In this document: positions 30,138-38,697 of the stretch, piece after piece
How positions within the stretch are numbered: the first letter of the stretch is position 1
How the letters are laid out: each line of letters opens with the position of its first letter
Source: Calditrichales bacterium
Lineage (GTDB): Bacteria > Calditrichota > Calditrichia > Calditrichales > J004
DNA length: 64,000 nt
NCBI GenBank assembly: GCA_965267575.1
Contig: OZ254086.1
Location: forward strand, 3,552,001-3,616,000
Direction of reading: 5' to 3'
Translations under genes and position numbers: made by a program
The notes under the pieces: generated by a model
Database searches by the model: none
Seen by the model: only the letters and a program-made list of their open reading frames with translations
Told to the model about the DNA's origin: nothing

Positions 30138-30929
30138 TTAAAACTTCGTCCCCCAGAACAGTTCGTCAAAAAAGAGCTTCATGTGCTCCCAACTGCGCTT
30201 GTCGGCCAGGGGATCGTAAGCGGCCCCGGTCGAAGGGTCATCGCCGGAAGCGGGGTTGGTGAAAGCGTGAACGGCACCGCTATACATAATCAGCTGCCAG
30301 TCGACATTGGCGGAGCGCATTTCATCCATAAAGGTCTGCACCTGCGCGTCGGGTACATAAGGATCAGCCGCGCCATGCAACACCAGCACTTTGGCTTTAA
30401 TGTTTTGGGCATCGGTTGTGTCCGGCGTATTCAAGTTGCCGTGGAAACTTACCACGCCATCCAGGTCCGCGCTGCTGCGGGCCAGCTCCAGCACTACACC
30501 GCCGCCAAAACAGTAACCGATGGCGGCCACCTGGTCGGCATCAGCCAGGTCAAAACTTCGCGCCTGCTTCAGGGCGGCGTTAATCCGTCCACGCATCAAC
30601 GGAATATTGCTGCGATAGATACCTGCCTGTTCCGCCGCTTCCTGGCGGTTGGCTGGACGTACTCCTTTGCCATAAATATCAGCGGCAAAGGCCAGGTAGC
30701 CCATTTCGGCAAGCTGCCGGGAGCGGCTTTTGGCGTAATCATTCAGACCGGTCCATTCATGAACTACGATAACCACAGGCCTGTCGCCCTTAATGCCCTT
30801 ATCATAGGCCAGATAGCCTTCTAAAACAGTGCCATCATGCATGTACTCAACTGTCTCGGTGTGGATTTGAGCGGTCGCGGATGAAAGAAGTAATCCGCAG
30901 AAAAGAATAAAAAAGGAAAGATATTTCAT
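30138..30929 (-). CDS. Dienelactone hydrolase family protein, secreted
   Basis: HEWTG, GYCFGG nucleophile elbow, HGAADP and HAFTNP motifs; signal peptide. Confidence 0.92.
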   Translation of the reverse strand: MKYLSFFILFCGLLLSSATAQIHTETVEYMHDGTVLEGYLAYDKGIKGDRPVVIVVHEWTGLNDYAKSRSRQLAEMGYLAFAADIYGKGVRPANRQEAAEQAGIYRSNIPLMRGRINAALKQARSFDLADADQVAAIGYCFGGGVVLELARSSADLDGVVSFHGNLNTPDTTDAQNIKAKVLVLHGAADPYVPDAQVQTFMDEMRSANVDWQLIMYSGAVHAFTNPASGDDPSTGAAYDPLADKRSWEHMKLFFDELFWGTKF

Positions 30930-30983
30930 AGGGGCCTCCAAAATTAGTCCGGGTTTTGAAACGCCTTTAGCTACAAAATATTC

Positions 30984-31400
30984 TTATTCTTTTGGTTTAG
31001 CTTTCCAGCCTCCAAGAATCGCTCCCATAATGAGCAGACCCACAAGGGGATGTCCGGCGGTGATGCCGAAATAGGCCAGGGTACGGGCTTCGAATGTATA
31101 TTGCGTGCCCAGAACACCGGCAATAAACGCCAGCCATAAAAGGGCTGCCAGTTTCATTCCTGTGAAGACAGTTTGCTGTTCGCTTTTGGAAAGCAAAAAA
31201 GCCAATACCGCGGACATTATTACACTTGAGAGAATTGCCACGCTAAAGGCCGTCGCATAGCCCGGACCGTTAATGAGCTGTTCCACAGTCAAACCACCGC
31301 CTTCAAACCAGGGATCGCGAAAATAGGCATACCAGGGGTAGCCGATTAAAATATGGGGTAATGCCGCTACAATAACCGCCGCTTTATTGATTCGTCGCAT
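30984..31400 (-). CDS. DUF1761-like four-TM membrane protein
   Basis: IN..AVIVAA...G..WY start and GAILGGW end. Confidence 0.65.
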   Translation of the reverse strand: MRRINKAAVIVAALPHILIGYPWYAYFRDPWFEGGGLTVEQLINGPGYATAFSVAILSSVIMSAVLAFLLSKSEQQTVFTGMKLAALLWLAFIAGVLGTQYTFEARTLAYFGITAGHPLVGLLIMGAILGGWKAKPKE

Positions 31401-31603
31401 AAAAGCCTCCTAAACGGATATATTTAAAAGTGAGGTGTGTATCCAGGCTGTTTAGCGCCAAAACCTGGACAGAACGGTTCTGCCCGGCAGCAAAAACTAT
31501 GGATAGGACGCCGCCCGAACAAATTATGACGTGAACAGCACGTGACTGTTTCTCTTTTACAGATATTTTTTATATTTCATGAAAACCAACGCGGAGACCT
31601 GCC

Positions 31604-33160
31604 ATGTTCAAGCCCTTTTCTCGTATTGCGATTGCTTTTGTTCTTCTGCCGCTTTTTATACAGGCCCAGCCTGCTGATCTTGAAAAATTTGTAAATGATG
31701 TACGCAAAACTTTTGAAGTGCCCGGCATTGCCATTGCTATTGTCAAAGATGGTGAAGTGGTCCTGACCAGGAGCTATGGCGTTAAAAAAATAGGCACGGA
31801 CGACAAGGTGGATGAACACACGACGTTCGCGATTGCCTCCAACTCCAAGGCCTTTACGGCCACGGCCCTGGCGCTGCTGGTGGAAGAGGGGGTCATCGAA
31901 TGGGACGCGCCGGTGATTGATTACCTGCCCTGGTTCCGCATGAGCGACGCCTATGTGACAGAAGAGATGACCGTGCGCGACCTGCTGGTACACCGTAGCG
32001 GGCTTGCGCTGGGGGCAGGTGACCTGATGTGGTGGCCGGAATCGGACTTCACCCGTGAGGAGATCGCCCGGCAGTTGCGCTATTTGCCGCTGGAAACAAG
32101 CTTCCGCAGCGCCTACGCCTACGATAATGTGCTATACCATGTGGCCGGGCTGGTGATTGAAAAGGTGAGCGGCATGGCGTGGGAAGATTTTATCGACAGG
32201 CGCATCCTGGAACCGCTGGACATGGACGACACCAGCACCCGCCATTCCGAGGTGATTGAAGGAACAAACGTCGCCACATCGCATGCTGAGGTGGAAGGTA
32301 AAGTACAACCCGTGCGGCCGTTCCTGGCGGATAACACCAATCCCGCCGGCGGCCTCAACTCCAGCGCCGCCGATATGGCCAAGTGGATGATCGTGCAGCT
32401 GGATTCCGGTCGTGTGGATGAGGACAAGCGCCTGTTCAGCCGTAAAACAACCAAAGAGCTGTGGACGCCGGTGACGCCCATTCCCGTGTACGACGCGCCG
32501 CCCGAATTGCCGCCGCTGCAGCATGATTTCGATAGCTACGCCCTCGGTTTCCGCGTACGCGACTACCGCGATGTGAAAATTGTGACCCATACCGGCGGCC
32601 TGCCCGGCTTTGTATCGCGCCTTACATTGGTGCCGGAGATCAAGCTGGGGGTGATGGTGCTGACCAACCAGGAATCGGGTGCGGCCTTTAACGCCATCAG
32701 CAACCACATTGTGGACCATTACATAGGTGCCCCGGAGTTTGACTGGCTGGAAGGTTATGCCGCCTTCATGGAGCGCGTTTCGCAACGTGTTTCTGATGTG
32801 GAAGAGCGTATCGCCGCGGAGCGGGACGCCGACTCCGGTCCCTCACTGCCGCTGGAGAAATACGCCGGCAGCTACCGTGATGCCTGGTATGGCCTGATCA
32901 CAATCGAACAGGAAAAGGACGGGCTGGTGTTGCGTTTTAGCCGCACGCCGCAGCTTGTGGGAGATATGGAGCACTGGCAGCATGACACGTTCATCGTGCG
33001 CTGGCGGGACCGGGAGTTGCGCGCAGACGCCTTTGTGACCTTTGCGCTGAATCCCGACGGCAGCATCGAGCAGGCCAAAATGCGCGCCGTTTCACCGGCC
33101 ACCGATTTCAGCTTCGATTTTCACCACCTGCTGCTGAAGCCGGCTTCTGCGGGGGAGTAA
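31604..33160 (+). CDS. Serine hydrolase (beta-lactamase class C/AmpC-like) with C-terminal DUF3471-like domain
   Basis: SNSK (SxxK), YDN (YxN), HTGG, LLVHRSG, and YAGSYRDAWYG in the C-terminal domain. Confidence 0.92.
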   Translation: MFKPFSRIAIAFVLLPLFIQAQPADLEKFVNDVRKTFEVPGIAIAIVKDGEVVLTRSYGVKKIGTDDKVDEHTTFAIASNSKAFTATALALLVEEGVIEWDAPVIDYLPWFRMSDAYVTEEMTVRDLLVHRSGLALGAGDLMWWPESDFTREEIARQLRYLPLETSFRSAYAYDNVLYHVAGLVIEKVSGMAWEDFIDRRILEPLDMDDTSTRHSEVIEGTNVATSHAEVEGKVQPVRPFLADNTNPAGGLNSSAADMAKWMIVQLDSGRVDEDKRLFSRKTTKELWTPVTPIPVYDAPPELPPLQHDFDSYALGFRVRDYRDVKIVTHTGGLPGFVSRLTLVPEIKLGVMVLTNQESGAAFNAISNHIVDHYIGAPEFDWLEGYAAFMERVSQRVSDVEERIAAERDADSGPSLPLEKYAGSYRDAWYGLITIEQEKDGLVLRFSRTPQLVGDMEHWQHDTFIVRWRDRELRADAFVTFALNPDGSIEQAKMRAVSPATDFSFDFHHLLLKPASAGE

Positions 33161-33199
33161 CCACAGAGGGCGCAGAGGTGGCTCAAAGAGGGCACAGAG
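33161..33199 (+). repeat. CACAGAG-type short repeat cluster, copy 1
   Basis: CCACAGAGGGCGCAGAGGTGGCTCAAAGAGGGCACAGAG directly after the stop codon; similar copy at 33944. Confidence 0.7.
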
Positions 33200-33224
33200 C
33201 ACATATTTAAAAACCTTTTTAATA

Positions 33225-33250
33225 TCACCCCGGCCTTGCGCCGGGGTCTC
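33225..33250. repeat. REP-like palindrome
   Basis: TCACCCCGGCCTTGCGCCGGGGTCTC. Confidence 0.6.
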
Positions 33251-33290
33251 ACGCCTGCAGAGGTGGTATATAGAGCAAAGCAATCCTGTT

Positions 33291-33316
33291 GTCATTCCTG
33301 CGAAAGCAGGAATCCA
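33291..33316. repeat. REP-like palindrome (GTCATTCCnGCGAAAGCnGGAATCCA class)
   Basis: GTCATTCCTGCGAAAGCAGGAATCCA; it translates to the artefactual WIPAFAGMT on the minus strand. Confidence 0.75.
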
Positions 33317-33367
33317 TATGCGGCAGGATAATGACAGAGGCAATTCGTAAAAGAGAGCGGGGTGAAA

Positions 33368-33943
33368 ATGAGCACAACCAATCTTTTTGTTGAACTGATC
33401 GTGATCGGGGTGGGGGCGCTGGCCTGGTTTGTGTTGGCCGTGCTGAGCATCTTTGGCTACGAATGGCTGCTGGCGCTGCCGGCGGATAAAACGGCAGCCC
33501 TGTTCGCGGCCATCCCGCTGCTGGCTTTTACCTACCTGCTGGGCATCATCAGCGACCGCCTGGCCGACGGCCTGTTTGAAAAGCTGTGGACCGACGACCT
33601 GCGCAACGATTATTTTGACAAGCGCGCCGATTACTACAATGCCCGCCGCATTGTGCTTACCAAATCGGAGCGACTGGCCGAGCTGCTGGAGTATGGCCGC
33701 AGCCGTCTGCGTATTTGCCGGGGTTGGGCTTTTAACGCCATCCTGATTGTTTTGGCCTTGAACCTGTTCACCTGGCTGCGACTGCCCGAAGCGGCGCCAC
33801 GCCAGGCCCTGACCATTGCCGGCAGCATCATTTTCCTGCTAATAGCCTGGTCCTGCCAGTACGCCTGGAAAAAGCTCTCGCACAGCGAATACCGCAAAGT
33901 AAAAGAGCAGGCGGCGTTTATGGGCGGGGAGGGAAAGAGGTGA
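33368..33943 (+). CDS. Hypothetical four-TM membrane protein
   Basis: GC-rich coding bias, four hydrophobic segments, no known motif. Confidence 0.75.
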   Translation: MSTTNLFVELIVIGVGALAWFVLAVLSIFGYEWLLALPADKTAALFAAIPLLAFTYLLGIISDRLADGLFEKLWTDDLRNDYFDKRADYYNARRIVLTKSERLAELLEYGRSRLRICRGWAFNAILIVLALNLFTWLRLPEAAPRQALTIAGSIIFLLIAWSCQYAWKKLSHSEYRKVKEQAAFMGGEGKR

Positions 33944-33981
33944 CCACAGAGGCCGCGGAGTGCTTCACGGAGAGCACGGAG
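33944..33981 (+). repeat. CACAGAG-type short repeat cluster, copy 2
   Basis: CCACAGAGGCCGCGGAGTGCTTCACGGAGAGCACGGAG directly after the stop codon. Confidence 0.7.
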
Positions 33982-34113
33982 CAGGAAAAAGGCTTAATGT
34001 TTGTTTTTTCCGCAACTAATAAATTTATTTTAAAAATAAAATATCATCACTAAAAGACTCACTTCAATAGTTTTTTTAGAAGCGACAATAAAACATTAAA
34101 AAGGTGTAAAATC

Positions 34114-35502
34114 GTGAATTCTTTTGAATATGAGGGCCATTGGTGGTTACCTGAAAATCCAAATCATACTGTAGGAGGAATATTAACATTTGATCCTAAA
34201 TCTGGAGCAGATTTGAAGCTCTTAGGTAGTTTTAAGGAATTACAAAACTTAAATAAAAGGATTGAACCAAATATTATACTTGGTTTATCAGAAGGCAAAA
34301 GAATTACCTTATACAACTGTATAGAGACTAGAACTCAAATTTCAATGCCCGGAACAGTACAAACTAACTATAATGCTTTATACGTTCTAGTTGGACTACA
34401 CTTTAAAGAAAAAAAATTACTCAAATTTAATAGTTATAGTGTTAGCTACAATCATTTAAACGAATGGCTTAATATTTGTGGCTTTACTGAAAAAATTCAT
34501 TTTAATGAGGATAATACTTTTAAAGGTCAAGAACTATCTTTTTTTTGGCCTGAATCTGATAATTATAGATTAAACAATTTTGATATTTCAACTGACTTTC
34601 GGTACGATATAAAAACTAAAGGTGTTAAGAAGTATATATTGGATCAAACATGTTCTATAAAATTTGAATTCAAAAAAAGAATATCTATAGACGCATTTAG
34701 TAAAATAGAATACCATTTTCAAAATTTTTTAAGTTTGGCCATGTTAAATGCTAGTTACCCACTTAAAGTAATTGCCAAAGCAAATGATTTATTTATTACA
34801 GATAAAAACCAGAAAAAACGTTTCTTTGAGATTTTTATCTACCATGCAATCAATTCAGAAATATCTAAACATAAATATGATAATAAAGAAATCTTATTTA
34901 GTTACAGCGATATAAAGGAGAATTTTCAAGTAATGTTAGAAAACTGGTTTAATAAGAAAGAACTCTTAAGCCCAGTTTTTAATCTTTATTTTGCAAATCT
35001 ATACAATCCGAAATCATACTTGAATACAAAATTTTTAAACTTCGTTTATGCATTAGAGACGTATCATAGAAGAAAATATGGTGGTTCTTATGTTAGTGAA
35101 GAAGAATATACATCGGTGTATGAATCTTTAGAAAAAGCCATTCCCACAAAATTAAGAAAAGATTTTCGTGAGAGTATTAGAAATAGACTAAAATACTTAA
35201 ACGAGTTTTCATTAAAAAAAAGGCTAAAACTTTTAATCAAAGAAAATAGCAAGAATCTTAGTTTTTTAAAAAATAATGAAAAGTTCATACAAGACGTTGT
35301 AAACACTAGAAATTATCTTACACATTATGATACAAAGTTGGAAAAAAAGGCAATAAAAGATACAGATTTATTTTTTCTTAACTATAAGATAAAGCTGTTA
35401 ATCGAGGTATTGTTTTTAACAGAATTGGAAATTGGAGATAGAACAAATGAATTTTTGTTGAAGAACCAAACTTTTTCATTTATGTCAAAGAATTATTTTT
35501 AA
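34114..35502 (+). CDS. ApeA-like protein (ApeA N-terminal domain + HEPN RNase), candidate anti-phage effector
   Basis: N-terminal GHWWLPENP...GGILTFDP, ALETYHR, and HEPN RxxxxH motif RNYLTH; strongly AT-rich. Confidence 0.8.
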   Translation: MNSFEYEGHWWLPENPNHTVGGILTFDPKSGADLKLLGSFKELQNLNKRIEPNIILGLSEGKRITLYNCIETRTQISMPGTVQTNYNALYVLVGLHFKEKKLLKFNSYSVSYNHLNEWLNICGFTEKIHFNEDNTFKGQELSFFWPESDNYRLNNFDISTDFRYDIKTKGVKKYILDQTCSIKFEFKKRISIDAFSKIEYHFQNFLSLAMLNASYPLKVIAKANDLFITDKNQKKRFFEIFIYHAINSEISKHKYDNKEILFSYSDIKENFQVMLENWFNKKELLSPVFNLYFANLYNPKSYLNTKFLNFVYALETYHRRKYGGSYVSEEEYTSVYESLEKAIPTKLRKDFRESIRNRLKYLNEFSLKKRLKLLIKENSKNLSFLKNNEKFIQDVVNTRNYLTHYDTKLEKKAIKDTDLFFLNYKIKLLIEVLFLTELEIGDRTNEFLLKNQTFSFMSKNYF

Positions 35503-35731
35503 AATAGCTTCAAGCACGCTATTGTTTGGAAATCTATAGCATGAGCGTGAAGTCGGTAAAACTCAATTGCACTCTGCTTTCTTGCGATACAGATTTATTT
35601 TGTTTTTCTTTAAACGGTTTAACTATATTACGAAAGTTCAGAATCATACTATTGCAAGCTTATAGCATTATTAGCATTTATGGTCCACAAAGTACCTTTC
35701 AAAGAAATTTAATTCTAAATTTGGAGGATAA

Positions 35732-36259
35732 ATGAGAACTATTACCGCACTAATAGTAGTAACGCTTTCGACTTCGTTGTTTGCCCAGCAAGAACTTACG
35801 ACACCTAAATCTGCCTATGAAAAGTTTTTATCTGACCAAGGCACAATGATCACGAAAGACTTTTCGGAGCTACCATCCCTGCGATCTTCTTATAAAAACT
35901 TAACCATTAAGATGATTAAGCTAACGTCTAATAGGGGAATAAAATATTTCTTAAGTATTTCCGGTGAGTCGAAGTACTCAGACAAAACCGCAACTATTGT
36001 AAAGGAAGACTTAGTTGAAGTCAATAAAGCACTCACAAATATTATCCTAAAATCTAAAAACGAAAGTACTCAAAACTTAGAATACCGTGAACACTATTTT
36101 GTAACTAACGACGGATTTAAAATCGGCTATTATCAAAAGGGTAGAGAACAAACTATTTTCATAGATTTAGATGACTATCAATCTGATGACACATATTTTT
36201 TTGATAGTTTTCAACCATTAGTTTCAACAATTAATACGGCGCTTGATAAAATGAAATAG
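35732..36259 (+). CDS. Hypothetical secreted protein
   Basis: GGAGG RBS and signal peptide ending SLFA-Q. Confidence 0.75.
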   Translation: MRTITALIVVTLSTSLFAQQELTTPKSAYEKFLSDQGTMITKDFSELPSLRSSYKNLTIKMIKLTSNRGIKYFLSISGESKYSDKTATIVKEDLVEVNKALTNIILKSKNESTQNLEYREHYFVTNDGFKIGYYQKGREQTIFIDLDDYQSDDTYFFDSFQPLVSTINTALDKMK

Positions 36260-36350
36260 ATGGCGCTAGTTAATTTCGCAAATTCTGTAGGTTGTTATTC
36301 TTCTAAACAAAAATGTAATCTGTGTCAAATGACTACGGAAGGGTTATTAA

Positions 36351-36572
36351 ATGGAAACGAAAAAATGTCCTTATTGCGCGGAAGAAATAAACGTTGAAGC
36401 CAAAAAATGTAAGCATTGTGGCGAATTTTTAGACTCCGATATCCGCGAAAAACTCGGAAAAGAAACTAGCGATAAGCAAAGGGTCGTAGTTGAGCAAAAG
36501 CGGGGTGGATTAGTAACCTTTCTTATAATATTAGCAATAATAGCGCTTATGCTCATGATTTTTGGAGTATAA
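36351..36572 (+). CDS. Zinc-ribbon protein with C-terminal TM helix
   Basis: KKCPYCAEEI...AKKCKHCGEFL. Confidence 0.85.
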   Translation: METKKCPYCAEEINVEAKKCKHCGEFLDSDIREKLGKETSDKQRVVVEQKRGGLVTFLIILAIIALMLMIFGV

Positions 36573-37011
36573 ATTGTTAAAAGCGATATTAATATGGGTC
36601 GTTTTTGTTATTTCTTTTTTGACCAATCAATTAATAGAAGTTTATGGTTTTAAGAACCGCATCTTGTCATCTTATTTTGACGATTTATTGTTTTTTCCAA
36701 TAGTCTTTTCATTCATTCTCTTTTGCCAGAAAGTCTTATTAAAAGAAATGTCATATACTTTGCCGCCAAAATACATTTTTTGGTCTGTAATAATGCTATC
36801 ACTGATATTTGAAATCCTATTTCCTATATTAAACCGAAAATTTACGTGTGATTTCTATGACGTAATACCATACTCACTCGGTGCAATTATTTTTTATTTA
36901 CTTCTTAACAAGCCATGGCCAAATAACAGCTTTCAAGTTCTTAAATCTCCATTGAAAAAAAATATTAAGAAGTCGAACACAATGAAAAAAGACGGTCTTT
37001 TATTCCACTAG
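36562..37011 (+). CDS. Hypothetical membrane protein
   Basis: YFDDLL, FEILFP and D.YDV..Y.LG motifs with four TM segments; the C-terminal tail runs into the downstream pseudogene. Confidence 0.6.
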   Translation: MEYKLLKAILIWVVFVISFLTNQLIEVYGFKNRILSSYFDDLLFFPIVFSFILFCQKVLLKEMSYTLPPKYIFWSVIMLSLIFEILFPILNRKFTCDFYDVIPYSLGAIIFYLLLNKPWPNNSFQVLKSPLKKNIKKSNTMKKDGLLFH

Positions 37012-37486
37012 TTCTGCTGGTTTTTAGTATAAAGGCTGGTGCGCAGGACAACGCCGAAACGAAATTGTTGGCGCGGCAGTTTGTGGAAGGCTACTGGAAT
37101 GCCAATGTTGGGATCGTAGACTGTCTGATGGACGGCTAAATTACCTTTTATTCGCCGGGAGACCGCTTTAAAGGGCGTGCGTTTACGACGGCAAAAATGA
37201 AAAACCATCATATGGCTTCACAAAACCATGCCTGACTTAAAATATTCCATTGATGATTATAGTTGCGGAAAAGGGCAAAGCGGTGGTCATGGCCACGGCC
37301 CGCTTTACACACAATAACCCTGCCCCCACAAAAGAGTTTGGCGTCGCCCAACCCACAGGCAAAGAAATCGAATACGCCATTATCTTTGTCTTTCACTTTT
37401 TGGAAAGCAGGCTGCTGAAGGTCGGCTGTTTTTCGACGCTATGGCCCCTTTGAACAACTGGCGTTCTGCCCGGCGCGGAGGAATAG
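36982..37486 (+). pseudogene. Degraded secreted SnoaL-like (NTF2-fold) ester cyclase
   Basis: Joining frames gives a signal peptide, then LARQFVEGYWN...MPDLKYSIDD/IVAEKGKAVV...THNN...PTGKEIEY...GVLPGAEE*. It has several frameshifts and an internal stop near 37137. Confidence 0.7.
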
Positions 37487-37514
37487 TCTCAAGCGCTTTA
37501 TTCTTTTTGCTGAA

Positions 37515-37736
37515 TTAACGAGAAGACCAGTTCAACTCCAGCTTACGATTTGAAGCCACACAATCCTGGAGATATAAATTGATTAGGGTCTGGTATGGGA
37601 TGCCCGTTTCTTCTGACATCTTTTTGAAATATTCAATAACGTCAGAGCCCATCCGCAGTGTGACTTGTTTTTTTAGCCTTTTAGCATACGGATTGGGTCT
37701 CGATTTCATTTTGGAGAGATCGTATTCTTTTTCCAT
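37515..37736 (-). CDS. brnA: BrnA/CopG-family antitoxin
   Basis: EYDLSKM..RPNPYAK, VTLR...VIEYFK and GIPYQTLINLYL motifs. Confidence 0.88.
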   Translation of the reverse strand: MEKEYDLSKMKSRPNPYAKRLKKQVTLRMGSDVIEYFKKMSEETGIPYQTLINLYLQDCVASNRKLELNWSSR

Positions 37737-37742
37737 TTGATT

Positions 37743-38030
37743 TCACCTTTTGTGGTAATATTTTGATTCATTTTTTGTTGCCTTGCGGGCGTATATTATC
37801 CGAATAATAGATTCTTCTTTACGATACGAAAAGCAGACGATTAATAAGCGTAATTTGTAACTGTTGCCAAGCAGCAAATACCGGTCTTCCCAATCGTAGT
37901 GCTCACCGCCGTAGAATTCAATAGCACGCTCATCTAAGAAAACCGTTTGTGCTTCTTTGAAAGAAACGCCATGTTTTCGATAATTCGAAGAAGCCTTTTT
38001 CGAATCCCAATCAAATCCCAACTCTTACAT
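37743..38030 (-). pseudogene. brnT: BrnT toxin, probably inactivated
   Basis: FDWD..K...N..KHGVSF.EA and ARKAT motifs. The ATG at 38030 is followed immediately by an in-frame TAA, and RIISAR is changed to RIIYAR. Confidence 0.7.
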
Positions 38031-38198
38031 AAGTATAATGTAAATACACTGTATTTTTATTTCAGCCTATTCGAGATCGTTTCTTTCGAAGATTCTTCAT
38101 TTGAGCGAACCTTACAAGTTAATTATCTTTGTCACGCCCCGTTTATAAGGCACATAACAGTACAAATCACTTAAAACTCCTATCATAGAATTTAAATA

Positions 38199-38675
38199 AT
38201 GGCAAAGAAGAAACAGAGAGAGCTGCCGGTGATCGGCTGGCGCGAATGGCTGGGCCTGCCCGACCTGGGCGTGAAAGCGATCAAAGTGAAGGTGGACAGC
38301 GGGGCGCGTTCGTCGTCGCTGCACGCCTTCGAGTTGAAAAAATTTAAACGTAACGAAGAGACCTGGGTGCGTTTCCAGGTCCACCCGGAGCAGCGCACCG
38401 ACAAGCCTTCTATTGAAGTGGAGGCAAAGGTGCTGGAATTCCGCTCGGTGCGCTCCTCCAGCGGCAAAGCGACCATGCGCCCGGTCATCATCACCCGCGT
38501 GGCGCTTATGGGCCAGGCGTGGCCGATTGAGTTGACCCTGGCCAGCCGCGACGAAATGGGCTTCCGTATGCTGCTGGGCCGCGAAGCGTTTCGTGGTCGT
38601 TTTCTCGTCGATGCCGGCAAATCGTATTACGGCGGCAACCCTAAGAAAAAAGAGAAAATGATAGAAAAAGAGTAA
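38199..38675 (+). CDS. RimK-associated retropepsin-like protease (annotated family: ATP-dependent zinc protease)
   Basis: IGWREW, KVDSGARSSSLHA and MGFRMLLGR motifs. Confidence 0.9.
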   Translation: MAKKKQRELPVIGWREWLGLPDLGVKAIKVKVDSGARSSSLHAFELKKFKRNEETWVRFQVHPEQRTDKPSIEVEAKVLEFRSVRSSSGKATMRPVIITRVALMGQAWPIELTLASRDEMGFRMLLGREAFRGRFLVDAGKSYYGGNPKKKEKMIEKE

Positions 38676-38697
38676 TACTTGTTGAGGAAGGAGTTTT

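Noticed and set aside
33092..33343. 83-aa minus-strand ORF containing WIPAFAGMT
   Set aside because: Translation artefact of REP-like palindromes.
35507..35553. Imperfect hairpin after the ApeA-like gene as an integron attC site
   Set aside because: No clear RYYYAAC/GTTRRRY ends, no repetition between the other islet ORFs, and no integrase in the window.
35526..35735. 69-aa ORF in the islet
   Set aside because: TTG start, no RBS or motif, overlaps a hairpin; probably spurious.
37008..37396. Two short minus-strand ORFs as a transposase remnant
   Set aside because: Better explained as shadows of the plus-strand SnoaL-like pseudogene; no DDE or HUH motifs.
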